DNA of 64,000 bases from a virus (Duplodnaviria; Caudoviricetes): positions 96,001 through 160,000 of IMG/VR virus record IMGVR_UViG_3300038530_003085. The stretch is one strand, 5' to 3'. The notes beneath the pieces were generated by a model that made no database searches, had not been told where the DNA came from, and saw only the letters and a program-made list of their open reading frames with translations. The translations under genes were made by a program, and so were the position numbers. Of this stretch, positions 9,138 to 18,584 are shown piece after piece. Numbering within the stretch: position 1 is the stretch's first letter; the number at the start of each line of letters is the position of its first letter.

Positions 9138-9671
9138 TTAAACAACAGTGATGTACTTGACGTAGAACCTTACAGCACCAGCAGTAATGTTGTTAGCGCT
9201 AATTGTGATTGCACCATATACATTTCTAGCTGAGGCGCTAAACGCTGAGTCAGCGACAAGCGCTAGCGCCGTTGCGCCGCCAAGAGCCGCTTGAGTGACT
9301 GGGTTAGAGCTATTGCCCTTTCCAACCGCCAATGCAGCGCCCGAAGAAGCTCGGATAGAATCATCATCATCAGCAACGATTTCTTCGCCTGCGGCTTGGG
9401 TACCAAATGTGGCACCAAGTTTTGCCGCGCCGCTCAAAGTGAATTGAGTTGTCACAACCAGACCAACCTCAGTAATAATAGAATTAGCGGGAATAGAGAT
9501 TCCTGATGTATCTCCAAATCCACCGGTTCCATCTGCAGAGATTTCGTCAGAGTAAGCAGCCATCTCAACTCCCTTAGTGGCAGTGAGTCTTGTGCCATTC
9601 ATTGTTAACTCTCTTCTTAAATTTTCAATCAAAGCCTCAATTCTTGCGAGACCAACTCTTTTACTTCCCAT
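9138..9671 (-). CDS. Probable capsid decoration / minor head protein
   Basis: Immediately after the major capsid gene, with a strong SD (GGAGG). Beta-rich C-terminal domain: ISIPANSIITEVGLVVTTQF...TAGAVRFYVKY. Confidence 0.55.
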   Translation of the reverse strand: MGSKRVGLARIEALIENLRRELTMNGTRLTATKGVEMAAYSDEISADGTGGFGDTSGISIPANSIITEVGLVVTTQFTLSGAAKLGATFGTQAAGEEIVADDDDSIRASSGAALAVGKGNSSNPVTQAALGGATALALVADSAFSASARNVYGAITISANNITAGAVRFYVKYITVV

Positions 9672-9740
9672 GTTTAAAACCCTCCATTTATAATCATGTC
9701 AAAAACATAATAGGAAAGACTACTGTTGTAGCCTTGTCTA

Positions 9741-9748
9741 TAAGTAGT
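9741..9748 (-). promoter_or_regulatory. Putative late promoter ACTACTTA
   Basis: Motif variant between the capsid terminator and the 9671 gene. Confidence 0.55.
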
Positions 9749-9761
9749 TTTAAGATACAGG

Positions 9762-9788
9762 AAAGCCCTCGTTAAAAACGAGGGCTTT
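9762..9788 (-). terminator. Hairpin terminator after the major capsid gene
   Basis: Perfect inverted repeat AAAGCCCTCGTT / AACGAGGGCTTT with a short U-tract. Confidence 0.7.
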
Positions 9789-9812
9789 GCACTGTGACTA
9801 ACTAGCTAGCTA

Positions 9813-11624
9813 TTAAGCTTTAGCGCCAGACTCACCTAAGAGACCACGGCAGATAACTAACCCGTAAAGATCTGGACGAACCATCTTCTTCGCGTAACGG
9901 GTCATGACACCCTTACGTGGCACGAAGTCTTCAGGTCCGAAGATCGTAGGAGTAGTTTGGAGTGGTACGTATGGTGCGTACACATAACCACTTTCAAGGA
10001 AAGAGGTACCGCGACGACCAACAAGAATCACGTTACGCAAGAAGTAAGGATCGACGTAAACATCGAACTTCTTAGTAAGTGCTCCGATTCTCACAGCACC
10101 AACGGAACCACGCTCATCATCAGCAGTGACGGAAGCACGGAAACCAGCGGTGAACTCAAGGATGTTCGCAACTTCAGGTCCGCAGACGATGAAGTTAGCG
10201 CCACCACGAAGAGTCTTGCGGTGAATTTGAGCAGAAACATCGTTAATGGTTTCAACGAGGGTTTCATACCATTCCGAAACAGTACCGGTGAAATCGGGAG
10301 CAGCCGAAGCAGCACCAACTTCTTGACCAGTTTCACGGTTAAGGAACATACCGGGCGAACGAGACCAGTAGAATGTACCAGCAGTTGCACCGCGGACGAG
10401 ATCTTCAAGAATCTCACGATCAATCTCAAGAGCAATTTGCTCCGAAAGGATCGAGGTCAACTCAACTTCTGCGTCAAGGTTGTGGTAGGCGTTAAGGTCT
10501 TGACCTAACTCCGGTGTCCACTTAGCCTTGAGCTTCTTGGTAGCTGCGGTAACAGCAACCGAGTCAACCTTAATGTTGATTTCGGGAATATCTTCATTTC
10601 CTTCCAAGCCCCAAGTTGCATCACCAATAACCGAACCAAGTGAACCACCATTTTGGAAGTCATCCTTAATGTGGAACTCGTAGTCAACGTGAGACGCTGC
10701 AGCACCAGTGAGTGCACCCAAAAGCGAATCTTGGTCACCGTTATCAAGAAGAACGGAACCAGAAGCTTGGGCAAGAACAAGAGTAATCTTGTAGTTTGCA
10801 GTAGCGGGATCTTGCGATGTAGAACCAGAGGAAACCGAAGTCAAGCGACGAACGATTTTAGCTGTGTTCTTAATGTCATCCGAAGTACCGGCACCAAGCT
10901 GAATGGTAACTAAGTTATCAACTGCTAATTGTTCAAATTGGGTTGAACCAGTTTGCTCGACAACAGCAACCAATGTACCAGAAAGATCTGGATCGTATTG
11001 GGTAAGGCTGTCAAGAGTTGCCTGATCAGCAGCGCTGAGTGGTGCAGCACCTTCTCCAGCGACAGCACCAGCGGTACCCGAAGCAATGAGAACAAGATCT
11101 GCAGTTGCACAACGAACAGCAGAGCCGGTTGGCGATGCGTACCCATTGTTAAGTCCGTAAGGACCTGCTTCAGCGTTGTCACCGGTTAAGCTGATACCAC
11201 CAGTGATTTGCGAACCAACAACACCGCCGCCGTAGAACGACGAATCAGCAGCGTAACCCGGCTTTGCAGGGGTTGGGCGCAAGCTATCGACAGTAAAGTC
11301 GAGGAAGAAAATGAGACCCGATGGGAGACTCATAGGTTGAACGGCGACGAGATCGTTGGCAATGAGGCCAGCGAAAACGCGACGAACAATTGGGAAAGCT
11401 ACGGCAGCGAAACCTTCAACATCGCCACCAGCCATAGAAGAACTCTCGCGGAGTAATTCCTTTGCTTGGTTTTCAAGCAATCGTGCCATGTTCTTGCGAG
11501 AAACATCAGTTTCAAGTCCCTCAAGAAGTCCGGTCTTCTCCCACTTGGAAAGAAGAGCATGACCTTCGGCACGCATATCACGATTGACAACACCTTCGGT
11601 CAATCTTTCGATAATGCTAGACAT
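9813..11624 (-). CDS. gp23: Major capsid protein (T4 gp23 family)
   Basis: FPIVRRVF, VQPMSLPSGLIFFLD, KLKAKWTPELGQDLNAYHNLDAEVELTSILSEQIALEIDREI, GYVYAPYVPL, PRKGVMTRYA. Confidence 0.98.
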   Translation of the reverse strand: MSSIIERLTEGVVNRDMRAEGHALLSKWEKTGLLEGLETDVSRKNMARLLENQAKELLRESSSMAGGDVEGFAAVAFPIVRRVFAGLIANDLVAVQPMSLPSGLIFFLDFTVDSLRPTPAKPGYAADSSFYGGGVVGSQITGGISLTGDNAEAGPYGLNNGYASPTGSAVRCATADLVLIASGTAGAVAGEGAAPLSAADQATLDSLTQYDPDLSGTLVAVVEQTGSTQFEQLAVDNLVTIQLGAGTSDDIKNTAKIVRRLTSVSSGSTSQDPATANYKITLVLAQASGSVLLDNGDQDSLLGALTGAAASHVDYEFHIKDDFQNGGSLGSVIGDATWGLEGNEDIPEINIKVDSVAVTAATKKLKAKWTPELGQDLNAYHNLDAEVELTSILSEQIALEIDREILEDLVRGATAGTFYWSRSPGMFLNRETGQEVGAASAAPDFTGTVSEWYETLVETINDVSAQIHRKTLRGGANFIVCGPEVANILEFTAGFRASVTADDERGSVGAVRIGALTKKFDVYVDPYFLRNVILVGRRGTSFLESGYVYAPYVPLQTTPTIFGPEDFVPRKGVMTRYAKKMVRPDLYGLVICRGLLGESGAKA

Positions 11625-11629
11625 AATTT

Positions 11630-11640
11630 ATCACCTCCTT
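11630..11640 (-). promoter_or_regulatory. Extended Shine-Dalgarno AAGGAGGTGAT of the major capsid gene
   Basis: 11-nt perfect complement of the canonical 16S 3' end (AUCACCUCCUU), 5 nt upstream of the ATG. Confidence 0.9.
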
Positions 11641-11651
11641 TTATATATGAT

Positions 11652-13142
11652 TTATTTTATTCCAGCTAGTCTTCTCATACGATCCGCAAAAGGATCCTGA
11701 GAAGTTGCTTTGGTCTCTTTACGAGACGCGGTTAATACAGAAGATCTATTACTTATTGCTTCGCTAAGTGATTGTGGGCTTCGCTTAGGCTTGGCCTCCA
11801 CTGTGCTTTGAAGCGTTTCATAGATTGTTTTTGCTTCTGTGACAGAACCAGCACCGGAAATTGCTTCGACAATTTTATCTTTTTGTCGCTCATTTAAGGA
11901 GGAATTTCTTAATACACGGTTCGTATAAAGTAGTCTTGCATTGGAAAGATTAACGTCAAATAAGTTTTCCTTTAATCCTTCAATCGTAGACTGATAGGTT
12001 GCTAACTCTTCTTTTAAGTTCTCATTATCGGTGAGCACTTCTTGAAGTTGTGTGTTAGACTCATTAAGTTCTTCTTGCTCTTCTTCAAGCGCAGCATCAT
12101 CTTCGCTTTCGGTTGAGGCTTCGTGAGCAAGCTCCCTTTCTTGCTCGTGTTTTAATTGGGAAGTGGGGCGGCCGGCCCAGCCGGATAACTCTGCACCCAT
12201 ATCTGCAGTGAGCTTTTCCATTACTGCATCAAATAATCTTTCTTCAAGCGGCTTTGCATCGCGAGTGCGGCGAACGGCGGGGCCGATTTCGTGATTTCTA
12301 ATTGTTTTTATGTGTGCGAGTTCTTCATTCTCAAGCATGTCTACGATTTGCCCAATTATGTTTCGATCGATTTGGCCTTGAGCGGGGGTGAGTCCGAGTG
12401 CCTTAGCAACCATGAATGCGATTTGCGCTGTACCGGTCTGACCAAAGACTTTGCCAATGGGATTCCTCATTTGATCTGCTGCTTTATCTAGTACACTTGG
12501 CAACACCCTATCAATGTCATAGCCATCAAAGCCGGCTGGTTGTTGTTCAGACACCGTACCTACTTGAACTTCCTCATTTGTTCTCTTCTTGGCTACGTGT
12601 TTACGAAGTTGCGGTGGAACTTTACTTAAATCTTTGTCATCCTTGTCATCGTCATCACCTTCTTTAGCTTCTTTATCCTTTTGAGCTTTTGTAATCGGCT
12701 CATCTCTATCACCATCACCATCTACATCAGGGAAGTCTGGCTTTTCATCTTCTTCGAGTGTTAAATCAACTTCTTCATCAAGTTCGTTTGAGAGTGCTTC
12801 AATTGCTTCTTGTAAAGCGCCTAAGTCAAGAGTCACTTCCACATCTTCACCTTCAGACTGTAAAGAGTCGAGATTGACACCATCATTCTCTGCCAAGCCG
12901 TCTGTAGCGGCAAGAGGCACGTCATCACTCTGCTGCTCTACTACATCTTCACCATTTGCTTGAGTTGCCTCTTCAGCGGCTGGTGCACCCAAGCCTAAAT
13001 CTTCTTCTTGCTCCAATAAGCTTTCAAGTGTTTTCTTTACCTCTTCGGCATACTTTTCAATAACAACAGATTCAGCATTTTTGAGTGCTGATTCGCGAAG
13101 TGCTTTTGCATCCACGATGGATTCGTTAAGAAGATTAGACAT
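11652..13142 (-). CDS. Prohead core scaffold protein (T4 gp22-like) with internal insertions
   Basis: Highly acidic coiled coil directly upstream of the capsid gene; NLSNARLLYTN; C-terminal RMRRLAGIK; many LxE sites. Confidence 0.85.
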   Translation of the reverse strand: MSNLLNESIVDAKALRESALKNAESVVIEKYAEEVKKTLESLLEQEEDLGLGAPAAEEATQANGEDVVEQQSDDVPLAATDGLAENDGVNLDSLQSEGEDVEVTLDLGALQEAIEALSNELDEEVDLTLEEDEKPDFPDVDGDGDRDEPITKAQKDKEAKEGDDDDKDDKDLSKVPPQLRKHVAKKRTNEEVQVGTVSEQQPAGFDGYDIDRVLPSVLDKAADQMRNPIGKVFGQTGTAQIAFMVAKALGLTPAQGQIDRNIIGQIVDMLENEELAHIKTIRNHEIGPAVRRTRDAKPLEERLFDAVMEKLTADMGAELSGWAGRPTSQLKHEQERELAHEASTESEDDAALEEEQEELNESNTQLQEVLTDNENLKEELATYQSTIEGLKENLFDVNLSNARLLYTNRVLRNSSLNERQKDKIVEAISGAGSVTEAKTIYETLQSTVEAKPKRSPQSLSEAISNRSSVLTASRKETKATSQDPFADRMRRLAGIK

Positions 13143-13175
13143 GAATTTACTCCTAAATTGACAATAATTCAGAAA

Positions 13176-13183
13176 TAAATAGT
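13176..13183 (-). promoter_or_regulatory. Putative late promoter ACTATTTA (scaffold-capsid operon)
   Basis: Exact motif about 35 nt upstream of the ATG at 13142. Confidence 0.65.
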
Positions 13184-13235
13184 ATTATTATGGACGGAAA
13201 GCCATTTTAATCATTCATTATTTATTAACTAACTG

Positions 13236-14660
13236 CTATGAATTTTGATCAAATTCCCAGACAGAGGTGAGAGTCACTGTTCCGGGGTTGCTAGTTGGAT
13301 TAAATTTAACGCCAACAATGTCGCCCGGGCCATAGTTTGCAGTATCTGTAAAGTTAAAGGTATATGTTGTATTAGCGCTTGCCATATTAACTGTTATGTC
13401 TTCAGTAGATGTGCTGCTAACATTTTGTGCACCGTCTACATTACTGTGCAAACCAATAACTGTGCTTCCGGGTGCTGATGTTGCTCTAGCAACAACTTTA
13501 ATAAGCTTTCCAGAAAATGGTGCCACTAATTTATTATTATCATTCTGCACTGCATCAGAACCATTCGTATCAAATCTTACAAAGTGCGCAGTAGATCCAC
13601 CGGGTGCAAATTTGTGACTTGTCATATGTAAAGATTTAGCTCTTAATGAACCTGATATGGTTGTGTTACCATTTCCAGCAACCTGAAAAGCATTGGTGAG
13701 TGAGTCACTCTTTGCTGTGATCAGCGTTTCTGCTGTCGAGCCACTTACACTAAGTATGCCTCCATCGATATGTCCACCACCCACAAGAACTTGACCGGAG
13801 CCAGTAACAGCAAAAATAATTCGTTGTCCGTCGTTCGATGCTCCTTGGAACAAAGCTAAAACTCTATTATTCCCAGCTTCATCAGACGGTCTAACAAAAA
13901 GCATTCCATCGGCTGGCCCATGTCCTCCCAAAGTTCCAATAGATAATCTTGGGGTTGAGCCTGTTACATGCATTCCCAAGGAACTTGTGATTGCTTGGGC
14001 TGCTTGAACAGTACCACTAACATTTAAAGTGTTACCGAGAGTGGTGGCGCCAACAGCTTGAAGGGTACTAGAGCCAGAAATATCACCAGTTACAGATAAA
14101 ACTGTTCCATTAAATGTAAGATTAGCTTCGGCATTTGCTTGCCCGGTACCATCAGAGGTAATTACACGGTTAGCCGATTGATTTGTAATACTAGTAAGAG
14201 CCGGAGCGGTGCCATTAGATGCAGCGGTTAATCTACCTTGTGCATCAACAGTTAAAGAAGTATATGTATAAGAACCAGCACTGACAGATGTATCATCAAG
14301 ATTAATAGTTAAGGTATCTGTAGCGGCCGCTGTTGTTGATATGCCTGTACCACCAGCAATATCAACTGTATTGCCATCAGTAATTGACTGATTGGAACCT
14401 GCATCTCCTTGAAGCGTCCAGCCTGACATAGTTCCACCAGAGCCAGTAATATTTTGCAGACGTGAACCATCACCGTGAAACGAAGAGGCAGAAATTGGAG
14501 TTGAGGCAGAAACATGTGTGTTGATTACTTCAAGACGCTGAGAGCCACCGGTCAAAAGTTTAATGGTATCATCTTCAAAATCAATTTTTGTTTCGTCAGG
14601 ATCGCCCTCAAACTGAATATCTCCAGAGTGTTGTGGTCCTTTGTTGTTATTATATGCCAT
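13236..14660 (-). CDS. Fibre-like virion structural protein
   Basis: G/S/T-rich; VSAGSYTYTSLTVDAQGRLTAASNG fibre repeat; NRVITSDG...EANLTFNG repeat. Confidence 0.7.
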   Translation of the reverse strand: MAYNNNKGPQHSGDIQFEGDPDETKIDFEDDTIKLLTGGSQRLEVINTHVSASTPISASSFHGDGSRLQNITGSGGTMSGWTLQGDAGSNQSITDGNTVDIAGGTGISTTAAATDTLTINLDDTSVSAGSYTYTSLTVDAQGRLTAASNGTAPALTSITNQSANRVITSDGTGQANAEANLTFNGTVLSVTGDISGSSTLQAVGATTLGNTLNVSGTVQAAQAITSSLGMHVTGSTPRLSIGTLGGHGPADGMLFVRPSDEAGNNRVLALFQGASNDGQRIIFAVTGSGQVLVGGGHIDGGILSVSGSTAETLITAKSDSLTNAFQVAGNGNTTISGSLRAKSLHMTSHKFAPGGSTAHFVRFDTNGSDAVQNDNNKLVAPFSGKLIKVVARATSAPGSTVIGLHSNVDGAQNVSSTSTEDITVNMASANTTYTFNFTDTANYGPGDIVGVKFNPTSNPGTVTLTSVWEFDQNS

Positions 14661-14681
14661 GTTAAGTGGTTCCTTCGTTTA

Positions 14682-14689
14682 TAAATAGG
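14682..14689 (-). promoter_or_regulatory. Putative late promoter variant CCTATTTA
   Basis: About 20 nt upstream of the ATG at 14660. Confidence 0.45.
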
Positions 14690-14691
14690 AA

Positions 14692-15825
14692 TCAAGTTCC
14701 TTTGGTGCCAATAATGTACCAGTTTTCACCATCGGATTGAAAAGTTCTCGAAGAGTAATTCATTTTGATTTCTGTTCTATTGTTTAAATCGATTTTACTA
14801 TCTTCACAAACAACATTAACTTTATTGGCTGTCAGTTTGATTTTGCCTGAATCTGCTTTTTTAATAATGATAACTCTTCCAATATTATTTTGTGCTGGTG
14901 GTAAATTTACATTAACAGGATTCTTTTGTGCATCACATATAATTGTGTAATCGGCAGTGTTGACATTATACGTTTCAGAATTAACTTTAGTAATATTGTG
15001 ATGAACAGCACCTTGACAAATCATTTTGGCTTTATTGATAATTGTAGTCGCATTAAGAGTACCATTTAAGTTTAATGCATTGTTTTCTGTGTCAAAAGAC
15101 AGCGAGTCTGTCGATTCAAAATTTCTTTTTCCCCTAAATTGTAAGTTACCTTGCTGGCCACTTGGATGGGGAACTTTTGTTCTAATATATGAATCATATA
15201 AATTAGACAATGTGGTGCTAGTAGGCTGTCCTCTAGATATGTCACCAACAATCACTAAGTCATTGTCACTCAAGTTTTGGCCTTGTGAATTAATTGGCTC
15301 TAAATTAGTAGGATCAATAGATAATTTGTTTGACTTAACAGAAATACCAGAGTTCGGTGACAAATTAACACCTATACCCTCATCAGTTAATAATAGTCCA
15401 TTGTGTGTATTAAGTTGCAGCACACCTCTAACATTCTGCAACCCTAAACCGTGATTTATAAAATTAGCATTTATTTGGCTTGTAAATGCATCAGAGGGAA
15501 TATCTTGTAAATAAATACCAGAACCAACAAACGTGTTGGCCGCTATGGTGTTGGCAGTTAAAGTTTCTGTATCTTGGTTATAGGTTAGGTTATGGTGAGT
15601 GCGCGCACCGTGCTCTTTATCACAAATCACTAACCCATTATTTACATTACCTTTTATGCTTTTTATGGCAACATCTTTCATAGTTGCACAAGGACTTTGT
15701 GCATCTGTATCCCAGAATACACTTGCACTGACAGTGTTTTTAAAAACTTTTACACCACCAATCTCCTGATCTGCGTGCTGATCAACCGAACCCTGTACAC
15801 TACCTTTTAAAACATTGTATGCCAT
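14692..15825 (-). CDS. Fibre-like virion structural protein (paralogue family)
   Basis: Start MAYNVLKG; DQEIGGVKVF fibre motif; C-terminal DYTI...LP.A...GRVIIIKK...SDGENWYII domain. Confidence 0.7.
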   Translation of the reverse strand: MAYNVLKGSVQGSVDQHADQEIGGVKVFKNTVSASVFWDTDAQSPCATMKDVAIKSIKGNVNNGLVICDKEHGARTHHNLTYNQDTETLTANTIAANTFVGSGIYLQDIPSDAFTSQINANFINHGLGLQNVRGVLQLNTHNGLLLTDEGIGVNLSPNSGISVKSNKLSIDPTNLEPINSQGQNLSDNDLVIVGDISRGQPTSTTLSNLYDSYIRTKVPHPSGQQGNLQFRGKRNFESTDSLSFDTENNALNLNGTLNATTIINKAKMICQGAVHHNITKVNSETYNVNTADYTIICDAQKNPVNVNLPPAQNNIGRVIIIKKADSGKIKLTANKVNVVCEDSKIDLNNRTEIKMNYSSRTFQSDGENWYIIGTKGT

Positions 15826-15836
15826 TTCAAACCCTC

Positions 15837-16073
15837 TCAACCATAAATAGATGAACTAATTGTTTTGTCTTGTATTATGTAGGCTCCAAAATTACTGAAA
15901 TGCTCTGGAAAATAATACATCTGATGCTTTTCAACTATTTCTTTGACAATAATTTTCATTTGGTCGGAATTACCAGTTACAATCTTAATTGGAGTTTCAT
16001 TTAAAATTATAAACTCTTCAACTAGATAACGTGCTTCAATGTGTGTCTTTCCGTGTAAATCTAAAACCTTCAC
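15837..16073 (-). CDS. Stand-alone Smr (small MutS-related) domain protein
   Basis: VLDLHG...A...VEEFI....PIKIVTGNS..MK.IVKE.V matches the Smr DLHG / IVTG signature; probable GTG start at 16073. Confidence 0.75.
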   Translation of the reverse strand: MKVLDLHGKTHIEARYLVEEFIILNETPIKIVTGNSDQMKIIVKEIVEKHQMYYFPEHFSNFGAYIIQDKTISSSIYG

Positions 16074-16077
16074 ACAA

Positions 16078-16085
16078 TAAGTAGT
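16078..16085 (-). promoter_or_regulatory. Putative late promoter ACTACTTA immediately before the Smr gene
   Basis: Motif variant directly after a terminator, 4 nt before the GTG. Confidence 0.5.
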
Positions 16086-16087
16086 AT

Positions 16088-16120
16088 AAAAAAAAGGATG
16101 CCCCCACAAGGGAGACATCC
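16088..16120 (-). terminator. Rho-independent terminator
   Basis: Minus strand GGATGTCTCCC-ttgt-GGGGGCATCC followed by TTTTTTTT. Confidence 0.9.
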
Positions 16121-16150
16121 AAAAGATTCAACAAAGTTGAAAAAGGTAGA

Positions 16151-17695
16151 TTACACAATCTTCCACTTGTTTGCAACCATGTATACACAGGTAACAGCAG
16201 CAAGTGGCGACTCAAGAACAACAGCAGACTGTTCATCGATGTCGTGACCCGCATCACCGCGAGCAACAACAAGGATACCAGAAGTTGAGTTCTTGACTGT
16301 GACAACATCACCGACAGATGGCGAAGCTGGAAGAAGAACTGTACCACCAGCAGAGCCAGTAGCGAAGTTATAACCTTCCGAGAGGTTGGAGCCATCAACT
16401 GCAATAGCAACCGAGTTGCCTTGAACACTAAGTTGTCCAGATGCAGCCGAGAGACCAGCACCAGCCATACCAGCAACAAGGTCAGCAATGCTTTCTTTCT
16501 TACTTGCATTGCCATCATTAGCGTCAATAATAGCAATGCTGTCGGCAGCAACGTCAATATCAGCAGCAGATAATTCGTTGAGGTCAACACTCAGAACCTG
16601 AGAAGATATAGCAAGACCAACACCTGCGGTAGCAGCCTTAAGCTTTAAACCAGAGTCATCTTCTAATGCTGTAGTACCAGCAAGCTGAACAGCGGAACCA
16701 GCAACCTTATCACCAGTGGTAATTTGGTTAAGCTTGCTATCTGCGATTGAACCAGCAAGCATAGCGTTGGTAACACCAAGAGCCTTAATTCTGAGAGCAT
16801 CGGAGTTAGTCTCAATAGACGAATCATCGACACCGACAGAAAGAACACCAGAAGTTGCAGCAAGACCGTCACCAGCGATTGCAGTAGCGTAATCAGCAAA
16901 GCTTTCACGCTTAACAGAACCATCAGCATCAAGCATCATAAGTTGATCTTCAGCGACAGCAACATCAGCAGCCGGCATGAACGAAGCACTAATCTTAAGA
17001 TCAGCAACGTTAGCACTGTTTTGGAATGGTGTCATTCCAAGACCACCGTCAGCTTCAACATCAAGCGAGAAGCGAAGCGAACCACTGAGACCGACAGCCG
17101 ATAACTGACCTAAGCCAGCAATGTCTTTGCTTGCATCAAGAACAACAGTCTTAGAAGCAACAGCGGTACCAGCAGTAGCACCATCGTTAAAGTTAAGCTC
17201 TGCAGCAGTTGAAGTAACTGCAGCACCAGCAATCTGAAGACCACCTGCTTTATTAACGTTGAAGTCAACGTCGTTAGCAATAGTCAAAGTTTGAGCGGCA
17301 AAAGTCATCATGTCAGTATCAGCATCACAACCAATAGTTGAATTGTTATCAACAGCTAAAGACTTAAGCGCGGTATCACCATCGGCATCGACAGCAAAAC
17401 CAGTCATAGTAATAGTGCCCATAGTAAGATCACCACTACCATCAATGTCAGTTGCGGTAGTGATTGCACCACCAGCAGCAACACCGACGAAAGAACCTGC
17501 ACCAGCAGCGTTAATACGAGTGGCCTCTGACATAACGAGATCACCCTTTAATTGAAAGTTGCCAGAACCAGAAATAATACCGTTGTCATCAAGTTTGATC
17601 TTGACGGAACCGTCTTGAGCCTTGACTTGAACGTCACCTTCTTGGTCCAAAGCACCGGACAAGATTGCCTGTCCGAATTGAAATTTGTAAGCCAT
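16151..17695 (-). CDS. Abundant fibre-like virion protein (head fibre candidate)
   Basis: A/G/D-rich; VTSTAAELN, GVTNAMLAGSIADSKL and AGxGL repeats; codon usage like the capsid gene (GCT/GGT/GTT); shares the C-terminal domain of its paralogues. Confidence 0.7.
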   Translation of the reverse strand: MAYKFQFGQAILSGALDQEGDVQVKAQDGSVKIKLDDNGIISGSGNFQLKGDLVMSEATRINAAGAGSFVGVAAGGAITTATDIDGSGDLTMGTITMTGFAVDADGDTALKSLAVDNNSTIGCDADTDMMTFAAQTLTIANDVDFNVNKAGGLQIAGAAVTSTAAELNFNDGATAGTAVASKTVVLDASKDIAGLGQLSAVGLSGSLRFSLDVEADGGLGMTPFQNSANVADLKISASFMPAADVAVAEDQLMMLDADGSVKRESFADYATAIAGDGLAATSGVLSVGVDDSSIETNSDALRIKALGVTNAMLAGSIADSKLNQITTGDKVAGSAVQLAGTTALEDDSGLKLKAATAGVGLAISSQVLSVDLNELSAADIDVAADSIAIIDANDGNASKKESIADLVAGMAGAGLSAASGQLSVQGNSVAIAVDGSNLSEGYNFATGSAGGTVLLPASPSVGDVVTVKNSTSGILVVARGDAGHDIDEQSAVVLESPLAAVTCVYMVANKWKIV

Positions 17696-17787
17696 GTTTA
17701 AAAACCCTCCATTTTAAGTTTTATTTATAGCTGAACGGGATACACCTATCCATATTTTGTATGAACAAATAGCAAACCGCTCACAAT

Positions 17788-17795
17788 TAAATAGT
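17788..17795 (-). promoter_or_regulatory. Putative late promoter ACTATTTA
   Basis: Exact motif about 90 nt upstream of the ATG at 17695. Confidence 0.65.
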
Positions 17796-17815
17796 ATGTA
17801 CCGCGTAGTATTTTT

Positions 17816-18565
17816 CTATGTAATGAAGTATTTATTTGCACCGTTACAATAAAGCTGGATAGATGCAAAAGGTGATTCCAAAATTACTGAATTTTGACCA
17901 TCGATTGTTTGTGAACCAGATGCTAAAATTGTTACGTTATTGGATGCTGCTGTACCTGCCTCATCTTTCACAACATAGGTTTGACCATCTAAAAGATTAG
18001 CAGCATCAGGTAGTCTAATTGATAGCACACCATTGGTAGTGTTAGTGCCGATATAATAGTCTGTGGTGGATGCCGTTATAGTGGTATTTACATTTCTTCT
18101 GTTAAGTTTAAGGCCACCAAAAACCTGTAAAATATTATTATTGAAAATAAGGTTGTTGGAGCCACTAATTGTGCCTGCTCCGGCGTCATTGCGAAATTGA
18201 AGTGCACCGACTGGTCCTTGAGCATTAGCATTCCCACCCCCACCAGCACTGATGCCTGTGAGGAGGCTGCCATCACCCATTAGATATGAAGCAGAGATAC
18301 CTGTGCTAGCCGTAATTTCTCCAGTAACATTTAATGTTTCACCATCAAATGTAAGATTAGACTCACAAGTTAATGTATTGGCATTACCATCTACATTTGT
18401 TATTATGGCATTATTTGTTGCATTACCAACTCTAGGAACATTAATAACTTCTGCACCGTCCGACGTGCTTAGATTACCAGATACAATATTTCCCGGGGCT
18501 TGATCTTTGCCCGGGCCAAAGTATAAGGGTGCAATTACTGAGCCGGTGAAAGAGTTTTTTGCCAT
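17816..18565 (-). CDS. Fibre-like virion protein (paralogue family)
   Basis: ESNLTFDG; GPVGALQF; C-terminal TDYYIG...LPDAA...YVVKDEAG...TIDGQ..VILESPFASIQLYCNG. Confidence 0.7.
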   Translation of the reverse strand: MAKNSFTGSVIAPLYFGPGKDQAPGNIVSGNLSTSDGAEVINVPRVGNATNNAIITNVDGNANTLTCESNLTFDGETLNVTGEITASTGISASYLMGDGSLLTGISAGGGGNANAQGPVGALQFRNDAGAGTISGSNNLIFNNNILQVFGGLKLNRRNVNTTITASTTDYYIGTNTTNGVLSIRLPDAANLLDGQTYVVKDEAGTAASNNVTILASGSQTIDGQNSVILESPFASIQLYCNGANKYFIT

Positions 18566-18584
18566 GCGGTGTCTCCTTCTTTAA

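Noticed and set aside
16036-16590. 184-aa Leu-rich minus-strand ORF, and similar ones at 10091-10435, 16663-16932 and 52250-52537
   Set aside because: Alternate-frame artefacts of strong NNT codon bias in highly expressed genes; the 16036 ORF also runs through a terminator.
17731-17785. Known riboswitch (e.g. c-di-GMP-I, from a GCAAACC string)
   Set aside because: The string is on the non-coding strand and the rest of the consensus is missing; kept only as a generic structured leader.
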